Assembly (NCBI GenBank): GCA_016280725.1
Contig: JAEEHF010000049.1
Span: 5,542-69,541 of the forward strand
DNA: 64,000 bases
Reading direction: 5' to 3'
Source: Bacillota bacterium
GTDB taxonomy: Bacteria > Bacillota > Clostridia > TANB77 > UBA1234
Shown here: positions 9,056 to 18,718 of the stretch, piece by piece
How the letters are laid out: each line of letters opens with the position of its first letter
How positions within the stretch are numbered: the first letter of the stretch is position 1
Made by a program: the position numbers and the translations under genes
Notes under the pieces: generated by a model
Told to the model about the DNA's origin: nothing
What the model saw: the letters and a program-made list of their open reading frames with translations, nothing else
Databases searched by the model: none

Positions 9056-10810
9056 TTAATAACCTGGATTATCTGGTGTATCCCATCCAACAGGCCAATA
9101 TGATTGACTTGTTTTTGCAGGAACCGGTGTAAGCTTTATTCTTGTAGGAGCAGATGTTACAACTGGTTTAGGTGTAATAACAGGAGGTGCTTGTGTTATA
9201 ACAACTGGCTCTGGAGTTATAGGAATAGGTGTTTCTACAACTTTAGTTCCAACAGCAACTATTCTATTTGTTGGGCTGTATGAATCAATTGGAAGCTTCA
9301 CTTCTTTAATTACTGCCCCCGTCTTAGCATCTTTGTATACTATAATTGGTTCTACCTTATATCCTTTAACTGGACTTTGAATTTGCTTCGTAGTACCAGC
9401 AGGAATAGATGCGTCATTTCTTTGAATTGTTGTCGGCTCATATTCCGCTAATTTATTATATCTAAGTGAAATCTTTGGCTCGTTCTCCTCTTTTTTGCCC
9501 ATAATTGAAATAGAAGCGACACCATTTTTAACACTAGCAACTATCTTAATAGGTGACTTTCTATTATTCTTAAATTGAAAATCAATAGATCCCCATTGAA
9601 CTGTAGCATCAAAACCAGGATCAACATATTCAGGCCAGAACATATGATTTTTTCTTTCAACAATCTCTAAATCGGCAAGTAGTACAGCATTGTAAAGTGT
9701 AGAAGAAATTTGACAAATACCACCGCCAAGTCCATCTACAACCTCACCGCCTGAGTAAACATGTGCCTCTCTAAAGCCACGAGCCGCGGTTCTTTCACCA
9801 ACTTCTTTATTGTATGAGAAAACTTCACCTGGCAAGAATATTTTGCCATCTATGTTTTCCGCAGCAATTCTTAAGTTTGTACTTCTGTTGGTGTTGCTAG
9901 CAACATAATTTGTTTTAAACGAACCTAGAGTATCTCCAAATAAAATCTGCGCAAGATTTTCTGTAGTTACATCTGGCATTTCTCTAACTATAGTTATTTT
10001 CATCGTCGAATCAGGCTCAAGGGTTTTGTATTTTGCATATGCTTCAGCTCTATTAAATGAAACTCCAACTCTTTCTTTAACGTATTCACCACCCGTTGTA
10101 TATTCAGCATTAGCCTTTTCTACGTGAATCAAATTATATAGCCAGTCAATATCGATATCTTGACTCTTATTTATTGTTGCTTCTATCTCAATTGTTTCTG
10201 GATTCGTTGCATCTTTTGCAGATTCAATAATCTTTTTAGAAACATTATCTATTTTTGCTGCTACTCCATCATGGCCCTTCGTGATAATGATTACATCGCC
10301 ACTAATTTCATAAGTATCGTCAACTGCTGTGTCACCAGATGAAGAAATAATTGTTGATATTTTTTGTTTAAGTGCATCTTCATCTATTGTGATTTCTTTA
10401 CCTTCTGATGCATCATATTTTTGCCCAAAAAAGCTTTTAAGAACATTTTGCGCTTGAGCAAAAAAGTTTGAGCTTTTTCCGTATGCAATTGCATCATCAA
10501 TAACCGCTGAAGAAGCCTTCAGTTCAATATCTTTTCCAACAAATTTAGTCTTATTTTTATTGAATACAAGAGTAAATTCCTTTTCATTCAAATCATTTTT
10601 GTACTGATTCATTATAGCACGTGCTTGTTCTTCAGTTTTGTCTCCCAAGTCAAATCCATAAGCACTTACACCACTTAATATTTTGCCAGAGTTAGCTCTT
10701 GCATAAGCTAAGCCCAAAATTCCTCCAAACAAAACTAATAGTACTATTAAAATACCTATTGCAACTACTGCTGGTTTTGGAATCCCACTTTTATGGATGA
10801 TTCTACTCAT
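9056..10810 (-). CDS. VanW-domain protein with N-terminal membrane anchor, G5-like segment and Pro-rich tail
   Basis: VanW core GGGICQISSTLYNAVLLADLEIVERKNH, N-terminal TM segment AVVAIGILIVLLVLFGGILGLAY, and a C-terminal PxxP-rich tail. Confidence 0.8.
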   Translation of the reverse strand: MSRIIHKSGIPKPAVVAIGILIVLLVLFGGILGLAYARANSGKILSGVSAYGFDLGDKTEEQARAIMNQYKNDLNEKEFTLVFNKNKTKFVGKDIELKASSAVIDDAIAYGKSSNFFAQAQNVLKSFFGQKYDASEGKEITIDEDALKQKISTIISSSGDTAVDDTYEISGDVIIITKGHDGVAAKIDNVSKKIIESAKDATNPETIEIEATINKSQDIDIDWLYNLIHVEKANAEYTTGGEYVKERVGVSFNRAEAYAKYKTLEPDSTMKITIVREMPDVTTENLAQILFGDTLGSFKTNYVASNTNRSTNLRIAAENIDGKIFLPGEVFSYNKEVGERTAARGFREAHVYSGGEVVDGLGGGICQISSTLYNAVLLADLEIVERKNHMFWPEYVDPGFDATVQWGSIDFQFKNNRKSPIKIVASVKNGVASISIMGKKEENEPKISLRYNKLAEYEPTTIQRNDASIPAGTTKQIQSPVKGYKVEPIIVYKDAKTGAVIKEVKLPIDSYSPTNRIVAVGTKVVETPIPITPEPVVITQAPPVITPKPVVTSAPTRIKLTPVPAKTSQSYWPVGWDTPDNPGY

Positions 10811-11052
10811 ATGATAACCTCTTTCTATAAAGATTTTTACCTATTTTTAAGCCCAAAAAGGCATTTTTTAATCTATCGTATTCTATCACATGAACACCCT
10901 AAAAACAAGAATATATAAACATTTGTTACACTATTTTAACTTTATTTTTACTTGAATTATTAAGCTTTATTAACAATCCTTGTAAATAATCATATGATTT
11001 TATATAATTTATAGGTGAGTAGTGCAAAAAATACGGGTTAAGAGGTGAAATT

Positions 11053-11491
11053 TTGAATATCCTAGGAGTAATTCACTTTGATGGTGCAAAACTATTTGCA
11101 GGCCAAACATCGAAAATAATATATAAAGGTGATCTTTGTAATGATTGCCCTGAAAATATTTATATGCATTATGGATACGGGTATAATTGGGATAATTTGC
11201 AGGAATTAAAGCTTGTAAAAGGGCCAAATGGATATGAAGGCGACATTACCTTTATAAAATCTGATGACCTTAACTTTTGCTTTAGATCTTCTAATCGGAA
11301 AATGGGATAATAACCATAGATCTAATTTTATTATTCCAATTGAACCAGCACCGGTTTTATGCACGCCAAATTTAGATGCTCTATATATGGAAATTCCTAC
11401 ACTAAAAACGTTTTATCACATCAAAAACAAGATAAAGCTCACTTTCTATAAATTATTTTCTAAATTGTTTAAGAAAAAAAGACGCATTTAA
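11053..11491 (+). pseudogene. Frameshifted small gene encoding a CBM25/CBM53-like starch-binding module
   Basis: AGAGGTG RBS plus TTG start at 11053. Frame 1 stops at 11308-11310. Frame 2 continues from about 11296 as GKWDNNHRSNFIIPIEP. Joining the frames gives NFCFRSSN-GKWDNN, the F.F....G.WDNN signature. A terminator hairpin follows at 11510-11539. Confidence 0.45.
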
Positions 11492-11509
11492 AATATATTA
11501 ATTATTCTT

Positions 11510-11539
11510 GGCGCACAATGTGCGCCACTACATTTTTTA
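11510..11539 (+). terminator. Intrinsic terminator after the CBM-like gene
   Basis: GGCGCACAATGTGCGCC followed by actacaTTTTTTatt. It lies inside the track's extended fabG ORF, which argues for the later fabG start. Confidence 0.7.
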
Positions 11540-11571
11540 TTGTAAAAAACATTTATAAAGGGGAAGTTTTT

Positions 11572-12297
11572 ATGAGCAATAAAACTGTATTAATAACAGG
11601 CGGTACACGTGGTATCGGAAAAACAATGGTCTATGCCTTTGCAAAAGCTGGATATAACGTTTTATTAAATTTTAATAAATCTGAAGCACTTGCAAATGAA
11701 ATTGCAAAAGAGCTTCCAAATATAAAAGTGTATGGTGCAAATGTTTCAGACCAACAAAGTGTAATTAATATGATTGAATACACAAAGAATGTATTTGGTG
11801 GAATAGATGTCTTAATTAACAACGCCGGAATAGCATGTACTGGCCTTTTACAAGACATTACAATTGATGAGTGGAATCAAGTAGTAGGCACAAATCTTAC
11901 AGGCGTCTACAATTTATGCAAAGCCGTATTACCAGAAATGATAAATAAAAAATCTGGTAAAATAATTAATATTTCTTCTATTTGGGGAATGGTGGGAGCT
12001 TCAAATGAAGTTGCATACTCAGCGACAAAAGCAGGAGTAATAGGCCTTACAAAAGCCTTAGCTAAAGAAGTTGGTCCAAGCAATATAACAGTTAATTGCA
12101 TAGCACCCGGAATCGTAATGACAGATATGACATCAGATTTATCTCTTGAAGATTTAGATAACATTACATCTCAAATACCTCTTGGAAGAGTGGGTTCTAC
12201 GGATGATATAGCAAAAACAGCATTGTTTTTAGCCAGTGATGATGCCAATTACATTACCGGTCAAGTAATATCTCCAAATGGAGGCTGGGTTATATAA
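11572..12297 (+). CDS. fabG: SDR family 3-oxoacyl-ACP reductase-like oxidoreductase
   Basis: TGGTRGIG cofactor motif, NNAG, and the S...YSATK catalytic motif. The start is ATG 11572 with an AAAGGGGAAG RBS. Confidence 0.8.
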   Translation: MSNKTVLITGGTRGIGKTMVYAFAKAGYNVLLNFNKSEALANEIAKELPNIKVYGANVSDQQSVINMIEYTKNVFGGIDVLINNAGIACTGLLQDITIDEWNQVVGTNLTGVYNLCKAVLPEMINKKSGKIINISSIWGMVGASNEVAYSATKAGVIGLTKALAKEVGPSNITVNCIAPGIVMTDMTSDLSLEDLDNITSQIPLGRVGSTDDIAKTALFLASDDANYITGQVISPNGGWVI

Positions 12298-12315
12298 TAA
12301 AAAAGAGCTACTTAA

Positions 12316-13158
12316 TTATTTAAGTAGCTCTTTATATACATCACTTTTTCTCATTTTCTTTTTTTCGGCAACTATCTTCATAGCTTCTTTTTTGTCTATT
12401 CCCTCTTTAAGAAGATTATCCATTAGTTCTTTTACGCTTTCCGGTGCTATTTCATTTGATACATCTTCCTTGGTGCCCTCAATTAGCACTACAAATTCAC
12501 CCTTAATATCATTTTCATCAAAATAAGATATTGCATCATCTATAGAAAATCTTAAAAACTCCTCATGAATTTTAGTAAGTTCTCTAGCAAGTGTAATATT
12601 TCTATCCCCACCAAAATATGTTTTTAAATCATCCAATGTATATTTAAGCTTATGAGGTGCTTCATAAAGAATTATGGTTCGTGTTTCGTCTTTAAGTTTT
12701 TCAAGTCGTTGCCTTCTACCCTTTTTATTCATTGGCAAAAAGCCTTCAAAAACAAACCTTGTAGTATCAAACCCAGAACAAATAAGTCCTTGAACAAAGG
12801 CGCATGCGCCTGGAATTGGTATTACTTTTATATTTTGCTCTATGCAAGCTCTAACTAGATCTTCGCCAGGATCAGATATTCCTGGAGTTCCAGCATCAGA
12901 AACTACAGCTAAGTTCTTGCCATCATTTAGCAAGTCTAAAACATAGTCTAATTTTATTCCTTCATTATGCCTATAAAAACTAATTAATTTTTTTGATATT
13001 TCAAAGTGATTTAATAGTTTTAGAGTTTTTCTTGTATCTTCTGCAAGAATAATATCCACTTCTTTTAAAGTATTTATTGCTCTATATGTAATATCGTCTA
13101 AGTTGCCAATTGGTGTGGCAACAAGATATAATATTCCTTTTTCCATATTTTTCTCCAA
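12316..13158 (-). CDS. rsmI: 16S rRNA (cytidine1402-2'-O)-methyltransferase
   Basis: Tetrapyrrole-methylase fold N-terminus LYLVATPIGNLDDITYRAINTLKEVDIILAEDTR, typical of RsmI. Confidence 0.9.
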   Translation of the reverse strand: MEKNMEKGILYLVATPIGNLDDITYRAINTLKEVDIILAEDTRKTLKLLNHFEISKKLISFYRHNEGIKLDYVLDLLNDGKNLAVVSDAGTPGISDPGEDLVRACIEQNIKVIPIPGACAFVQGLICSGFDTTRFVFEGFLPMNKKGRRQRLEKLKDETRTIILYEAPHKLKYTLDDLKTYFGGDRNITLARELTKIHEEFLRFSIDDAISYFDENDIKGEFVVLIEGTKEDVSNEIAPESVKELMDNLLKEGIDKKEAMKIVAEKKKMRKSDVYKELLK

Positions 13159-13167
13159 ATAATTATT

Positions 13168-13194
13168 GAGACTTGGGGTATCTCCCCAAGTCTC
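13168..13194 (-). terminator. Strong hairpin between ferredoxin and rsmI (weak or partial terminator)
   Basis: GAGACTTGGGG-tatct-CCCCAAGTCTC, an 11-bp stem. The downstream tail on the minus strand is only A/U-rich, with no clean U-run. Confidence 0.45.
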
Positions 13195-13204
13195 TTAAAA
13201 TTTG

Positions 13205-13387
13205 TTATGCACGTGCACGTGGTGCACCTACTGGGCAAACATTAGCACATGTTCCACAGTCAATGCATTGTGAAGCGTTAACTTCGTATTTATAGCTTCC
13301 CTCACTAATGCAATTCATTGGGCAATTTTCTGCACATCTTCCACATTTAATGCAAGCATCGCTTATTGTATATGACATAAAACTCAC
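13205..13387 (-). CDS. 2x[4Fe-4S] ferredoxin
   Basis: 60 aa with two CxxCxxCxxxCP motifs (CIKCGRCAENCP, CIDCGTCANVCP). Confidence 0.9.
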   Translation of the reverse strand: MSFMSYTISDACIKCGRCAENCPMNCISEGSYKYEVNASQCIDCGTCANVCPVGAPRARA

Positions 13388-13417
13388 CTCCTATTTTTCA
13401 CTCTTTTTCTATAATAG

Positions 13418-14353
13418 TTAAATATCTTCAGTACGCTTAAATCCTTCTTCAAGTTGCTTTAGTTCATTTTCGTCTACTTCGGTATCATCAAGCTTTTTAT
13501 TTTCTTGCTTCCTTGAATTTTTAATTATTTTTATTTCACTATATGGATACTGCTTTCTAAATGTTTCATCGTCTTTTTCAAACTTAACAGTAATGATTTC
13601 TTTAAGCACCTGTATATCTTCAACTGTACCTTTTCCATCTGCAGTACTAACAACAGCTCCAACATTTGGTAATCTAGAAAGCTTTTCATCATAAACTTCT
13701 TGCTCATGTTTTAAGCAACACATTAGTCTTCCGCATGAGCCTGATATTTTGGTAGGATTTAGTGAAAGACCCTGCTCTTTTGCCATTTTAATTGAAACAG
13801 GATTCAAATCTGTTAGATGATTACAACAGCATAATTCTCTTCCACAAATACCGTATCCACCAAGCATTTTTACTTCATCACGGACACCAATTTGTCTTAA
13901 TTCAATTCTTGTTTTATACACAGCAGCCAAGTCTTTAACTAACTCTCTAAAGTCAATTCTTGTATCCGCTGTAAAATAGAATAAAAGCTTTGATGAATCA
14001 AATGTATATTCAACATCAATTAGTTTCATCTCTAGGTTGTGTTTTGCTATTTTTTCCTCACAAACCTTAAATGCTTCCTTAGCCTTTTTCTCGTTCATTT
14101 CATATGTCTTAAGATCTTTTTCGGTTGCTACTCTAACAGCCTTCTTTAGCGCTGTTGATAGCTTTTCTTCATTTATCATACGATTAGCAACAGCGACTTC
14201 TCCAAGCTCAATGCCTCTGGCTGTTTCAACGATTGCACTGCCACCTTTTTCAAATTTCATTCCATTAGGGTCAAAGAAATATATTTTCCCAACCTTTTTA
14301 AATCTTACACCAATTATTTCTTGCAATATATTCACCTCTTGTTCTGCTCCCAT
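13418..14353 (-). CDS. ricT: PSP1-domain protein RicT/YaaT
   Basis: PSP1 C-terminal domain with the Cys-rich CGRELCCCNH ... CGRLMCCLKHE. It sits in the conserved position immediately after holB. Confidence 0.88.
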   Translation of the reverse strand: MGAEQEVNILQEIIGVRFKKVGKIYFFDPNGMKFEKGGSAIVETARGIELGEVAVANRMINEEKLSTALKKAVRVATEKDLKTYEMNEKKAKEAFKVCEEKIAKHNLEMKLIDVEYTFDSSKLLFYFTADTRIDFRELVKDLAAVYKTRIELRQIGVRDEVKMLGGYGICGRELCCCNHLTDLNPVSIKMAKEQGLSLNPTKISGSCGRLMCCLKHEQEVYDEKLSRLPNVGAVVSTADGKGTVEDIQVLKEIITVKFEKDDETFRKQYPYSEIKIIKNSRKQENKKLDDTEVDENELKQLEEGFKRTEDI

Positions 14354-15219
14354 AGTTTAACCATCATGTAGTCTAACGCAGTATCTAAATTAGCATTTCT
14401 TGAAATATTATTTCTAGTTTCCTCTATTGTCTCTATTTGATTAGCTATTAATAATGGATTATCTTCCAGTCTAGTTTTTAACTTTGCAATTAATAGTTCA
14501 AAAACATCTTCGATAATTTCCTTTATATTTGACTGACTTTTAATCTTAGAAATAGCATCATTCATCTCTAGTAAATTTGTTTTAAAAATAGCTTCTTCTA
14601 AATCTTTGATAAGATTTATGTACGAACTATCTAATATTTTTTGCATTTTTCCTGCACTGCCACATGAATACTCATAAAGTTCAGAATCAATTTCATTATT
14701 ATTCAATATACTTTTAATGTCCTCCAAAGAAAGACTATTAAAATTTACTTTTGTACACCTAGAATGAATTGTGTTGATAATTCTGCCAGGATTTTGAACT
14801 GTAAGAATAATCGTAGCATATTGTGGTGGTTCTTCAAGAACCTTTAAGAGTGCATTCTGTGATGATTCATTCATACTATCTGCGTCTCGAATAATACATA
14901 CGCTTTTTTCAGAAACCGTTGGTTTAAATGAAACTTTATCTATTAATTGCCTAATCTTATCAACCTTAATAATACTGTCTTCAGGCTCAATGACAAATAA
15001 ATCTGGTGAAGAATTGAAAACCATGCAACTTTCGCAGGTATCGCATGCTCTACCATCAGTTCGATTCAAGCATAGTATACTTTTCGCTAACTCTTTTGCA
15101 TATTCAAATTTACCTATTCCTTCTATTCCGCAAAACATGTATGCATGGCCGATTATACCATTTTCAACTGATTTAAATAATTTGTTGCGGATATCAGTAT
15201 TTCCATATATATTATTCAA
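14332..15219 (-). CDS. holB: DNA polymerase III subunit delta'
   Basis: 295 aa with an AAA+-like N-terminus (HAYMFCGIEGIGK), a Zn-module CDTCESC, and the SRC motif region (HSRC). Confidence 0.88.
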   Translation of the reverse strand: MNNIYGNTDIRNKLFKSVENGIIGHAYMFCGIEGIGKFEYAKELAKSILCLNRTDGRACDTCESCMVFNSSPDLFVIEPEDSIIKVDKIRQLIDKVSFKPTVSEKSVCIIRDADSMNESSQNALLKVLEEPPQYATIILTVQNPGRIINTIHSRCTKVNFNSLSLEDIKSILNNNEIDSELYEYSCGSAGKMQKILDSSYINLIKDLEEAIFKTNLLEMNDAISKIKSQSNIKEIIEDVFELLIAKLKTRLEDNPLLIANQIETIEETRNNISRNANLDTALDYMMVKLWEQNKR

Positions 15220-15232
15220 ACTAGTTCTCCAA

Positions 15233-16093
15233 TTAATATTTTAACTTATTGCTCACATCCTCGGCTGTAAGTTCTGCTTTTCCAATACCACCAAATTTAG
15301 TAAGTGGCCAGATTCTAAATAATACTTTACCTTCTATCTTAGATACTGGAACACAACCAAATGCTCTGCAATCTTTCGAACCACGTCTATTATCTCCCAT
15401 AGCAAATATATAACCCTCTGGAACCACAAATTCTTCTGGAAGACCAAATCTAGTTGGAGAAGTTACAGTTCCGTCTGGAAGATATGATGTTTCATCAAGA
15501 AGCTCACCATTTAGATAAACGAAGCCATCTTTTAGTTGTATTTTATCTCCTGCTAAGCCAACTACTCTTTTAATGTAACTTACTTTTTCTGGTCCCATCT
15601 CTAAAACATTATTAACAAAAAAGCTCCAGCCGGTTCTCTCAGAATATGATGCTTTAAAATCACCACTTTCTCTGTATTGAAGGTCATTGTTATTTGGTGC
15701 CTCAAATGTGATGATGTCACCGCGATTAACTTTTAGCTTAAATGTTCTAACTAGCCTATTAACAAATACTCTTTCATCGGGCTCTATCGTAGGATACATA
15801 GAGCTCATTTTAACTTGAGTAGGAGTGAATACAAAGTACTTTATAAAAACTGCAAGTGCGAATGCGGACAAAACACATACTACCCATTCCATGCATTCAC
15901 GTGCAAACGACTTCTTGACTTCCACTTTTTTTGACTTCTTTTTTTGCTTTTCAGAATCACTTTTTAATTCTTCTGCTTTATCTATTTCAACATTTTTATT
16001 TTCTTCTTGTTTAATAACACTTTCACTACTTACTTCAGTTTTGATTTCTTCTTTATTATCGTCCATGTTATTTATGTAAGTGCTAAGCACCAT
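15233..16093 (-). CDS. lepB: Signal peptidase I with a Lys/Glu-rich N-terminal extension
   Basis: SMYPTI serine box and GDNRRGSKDCR box, with a single TM segment before the catalytic domain. Confidence 0.88.
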   Translation of the reverse strand: MVLSTYINNMDDNKEEIKTEVSSESVIKQEENKNVEIDKAEELKSDSEKQKKKSKKVEVKKSFARECMEWVVCVLSAFALAVFIKYFVFTPTQVKMSSMYPTIEPDERVFVNRLVRTFKLKVNRGDIITFEAPNNNDLQYRESGDFKASYSERTGWSFFVNNVLEMGPEKVSYIKRVVGLAGDKIQLKDGFVYLNGELLDETSYLPDGTVTSPTRFGLPEEFVVPEGYIFAMGDNRRGSKDCRAFGCVPVSKIEGKVLFRIWPLTKFGGIGKAELTAEDVSNKLKY

Positions 16094-16137
16094 ACTCTCC
16101 TTTCAGTATTAATTCAAGTGCATATTATACTACATTT

Positions 16138-17946
16138 TTACTGAGAATTCAAGTTTTCCTCAGTCTTTACAGGTACCTTAATTACGACTTCTGTACCTTT
16201 TCCAACCACACTTTTCATGTCAATACTTCCACCATTTGCCTCAACAATTTCTTTGGCAATTGGAAGTCCTAAACCTGTTCCTCCCATTTCTCTTGAACGA
16301 GCCTTGTCGACCCTATAAAATCTTTCAAAAACCCTCGGTAAGTCTTGCTCTGGTATTCCGATTCCATCATCAATTATTTTGATATATGCATCATCATGAA
16401 CACATCCAACGTATACCTTAACATTTCCATTCTCGCCAGTATATTTGATACTATTTGTTAAAATATTCGTGATTACTTGCTCAATACCATCTCTATCTGC
16501 ATACACCATAGGAACGTTAGATGTGATATAACATTCTAAATTTTGATTTTTCGTTTCAGCCTGAATCTTATGCTTTTCACAAATCTGCTTAGCAAGTTCT
16601 CCAAGATCAAAGAAGATTTTATTCCACGCAACTTTTTTATAGTCAAATTTTGTAAGTTGAAGTAAATCGCTAACTAGTCTTGTCATTCTATTAGATTCAG
16701 TAAGAATAACATTTAAAAACTTATTCTTTTCATCATCATCTAATTCCATTTCTGAATCTAATAATGTTTCGGTATAAGTTTTAATCGATGTAAGCGGTGT
16801 TTTAAGCTCATGAGAAACGTTTGCAACAAATTCTTTTCTCATTTCATCTAATTGAACTTGTTTTGTTACATCATGAACAACACAAACCAAGCCACCAAAA
16901 TCATCTTTTTCATTTTTAAAGCTTGCAAAGAACATATTTAAAATTAAATCTTCAAACTTAACACTTTGTTCTGTTGATGTCCAATCATCAAGATACATTA
17001 CTTTTTCCATGTTTATATCTATTTGAAGTTTTTTAAATATTTCCTCAAATGTGTTTTCTTCATTTAGTTTAAGAAGTTCTTTGGCAACCGGAGTAGCAAG
17101 AATAAGCTCTCCTTTTGTATTAAATGCGAGAACACCATCACTTAAATGAAGAAGTATAGCTTCTAGTTTATTCTTCTCATTTGAAATCTCATTTAAGTTG
17201 TCTTTAATTTGGCCTATCATAAGGTTAAATGACTCAACAAGTCTTACTACTTCATACTCTGACCTTTGTGAATCGTCTAGTGTAATCTCGTTAATATCAC
17301 TACCAGCAGCGATAAGCTGCGCTTTTTTTCTAATTACCTCAATTGGTTTAGTAACATTAGCAGCAAGAAGCCCTGCAACAATAACTGCCATAATGGCTAT
17401 TACAATTATGCTCGCAGTATAAATAATAATTACTTCTCTTAATTGATTGTTAATATACGTTTTATCTTGCTCAATTAAAAGTGTATATCTTGTTGGAGAT
17501 GATGCATTATCTCTAACAAAATACATAAAATAATATTCATTCGTCCTATAGTCATTTATTAGCTCAAATCTATTCGGACTATTTTCTGCCATATCTTTTA
17601 TTCGAACAAATAATTCGTCTGAAATTTGCTCTGTTTTGTTTGTATAAACCACATTATAAGTTTCATCTAAGATACTTCCAAATCTAGCGGTATTATTAAG
17701 TGAAAAATAAATACTAAAGTTTTTTATAAAGTCGGTTTGCATGATATTACGTTTTGCATTTATGCTTTCTTCACCATAAGATTCGGTATTTAAGCCAAAA
17801 CTTGATATTGTATTTAGCATTTCCTGTGCAAATCCGTTGTAATAAACTTGCTCCATTTTAACTATTGAAAAAAATGCTGAAAAAACCACAACTATTAAAA
17901 TGAATAAAAACATTACAAGAATCATTTTTGATTGTAAGCTTTTCAT
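16138..17946 (-). CDS. WalK/VicK-like sensor histidine kinase
   Basis: Two TM segments, HAMP, a PAS-like segment, the H-box SHELKTPLTSI, and an HATPase_c domain with N, G1 and G2 boxes. Confidence 0.85.
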   Translation of the reverse strand: MKSLQSKMILVMFLFILIVVVFSAFFSIVKMEQVYYNGFAQEMLNTISSFGLNTESYGEESINAKRNIMQTDFIKNFSIYFSLNNTARFGSILDETYNVVYTNKTEQISDELFVRIKDMAENSPNRFELINDYRTNEYYFMYFVRDNASSPTRYTLLIEQDKTYINNQLREVIIIYTASIIVIAIMAVIVAGLLAANVTKPIEVIRKKAQLIAAGSDINEITLDDSQRSEYEVVRLVESFNLMIGQIKDNLNEISNEKNKLEAILLHLSDGVLAFNTKGELILATPVAKELLKLNEENTFEEIFKKLQIDINMEKVMYLDDWTSTEQSVKFEDLILNMFFASFKNEKDDFGGLVCVVHDVTKQVQLDEMRKEFVANVSHELKTPLTSIKTYTETLLDSEMELDDDEKNKFLNVILTESNRMTRLVSDLLQLTKFDYKKVAWNKIFFDLGELAKQICEKHKIQAETKNQNLECYITSNVPMVYADRDGIEQVITNILTNSIKYTGENGNVKVYVGCVHDDAYIKIIDDGIGIPEQDLPRVFERFYRVDKARSREMGGTGLGLPIAKEIVEANGGSIDMKSVVGKGTEVVIKVPVKTEENLNSQ

Positions 17947-17967
17947 TATATTATCACCACATTTAAT

Positions 17968-17990
17968 GCCCCCTGAGAAGCTCAGGGGGC
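17968..17990 (-). promoter_or_regulatory. GC-rich intercistronic hairpin between the response regulator and kinase genes
   Basis: GCCCCCTGAG-aag-CTCAGGGGGC. No U-run follows on the transcribed strand. Confidence 0.5.
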
Positions 17991-18010
17991 AGATATATTA
18001 AAAGAAAAAT

Positions 18011-18718
18011 TTAGTTGTCTTGACCATTGAAATAATAACCTATTCCACGCTTCGTTGCTAAAAATTCAGGTACACTAGGATTTGGCTCAATCTTTTCTCT
18101 GATTCTTCTAACTGTTACATCTACTGTACGAACATCACCAAAATATTCATAACCCCAAACTTTTTCTAGTAACTCTTCACGAGAAAATACTTGACCCTTT
18201 TGAGTTGCTAAAAACTTTAGAAGCTCAAATTCTCTAAGTGTAAGATCAACGTTTTTATCATTAACTTTAACTTCGTATTTATCAACATCCAATGATAATG
18301 CTCCAAATTTTAGCTCTGGAGGAAGACTACCCATACCATATTCTTTTTCATATTTTTCTGTTTTACGAAGATTAGCTTTAACTCTTGCCATAACTTCACG
18401 AACACTAAATGGTTTTGTAATATAGTCATCAGCTCCTAATTCCAAGCCGATTATTTTATCTACAACATCTTCTTTTGCAGTAACCATAAGAATAGGAACA
18501 TTTGATGATTGTCTAATTTCTTTACAAACTGAAAAACCATCTTTCTTTGGAAGCATGACATCAAGAAGTATTAAATCAGGTTTTTCGCTTTTAGCAACCT
18601 CAACAGCTTGCTCACCGTCATATGCTTGACATGTAGCATAACCTTCTTTTACTAAATTGTGATTAAGAATATCTACTATATTTCTTTCATCATCAACTAT
18701 TAATATTTTCTTACTCAT
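18011..18718 (-). CDS. OmpR-family response regulator (WalR/YycF-like)
   Basis: Receiver domain (DDE..., LLDVMLP, K at TAK) plus a winged-helix C-terminus (LTLREFELLKFL ... RGIGY). Confidence 0.9.
   Translation of the reverse strand: MSKKILIVDDERNIVDILNHNLVKEGYATCQAYDGEQAVEVAKSEKPDLILLDVMLPKKDGFSVCKEIRQSSNVPILMVTAKEDVVDKIIGLELGADDYITKPFSVREVMARVKANLRKTEKYEKEYGMGSLPPELKFGALSLDVDKYEVKVNDKNVDLTLREFELLKFLATQKGQVFSREELLEKVWGYEYFGDVRTVDVTVRRIREKIEPNPSVPEFLATKRGIGYYFNGQDN

Noticed and set aside
10811-11050. Zur box upstream of the vanW-cobW operon. One was also looked for at the znuA promoter.
   Set aside because: No TCGTAAT-N-ATTACGA-like palindrome is visible. The closest string (ATCGTATTCTATCA) is not palindromic.
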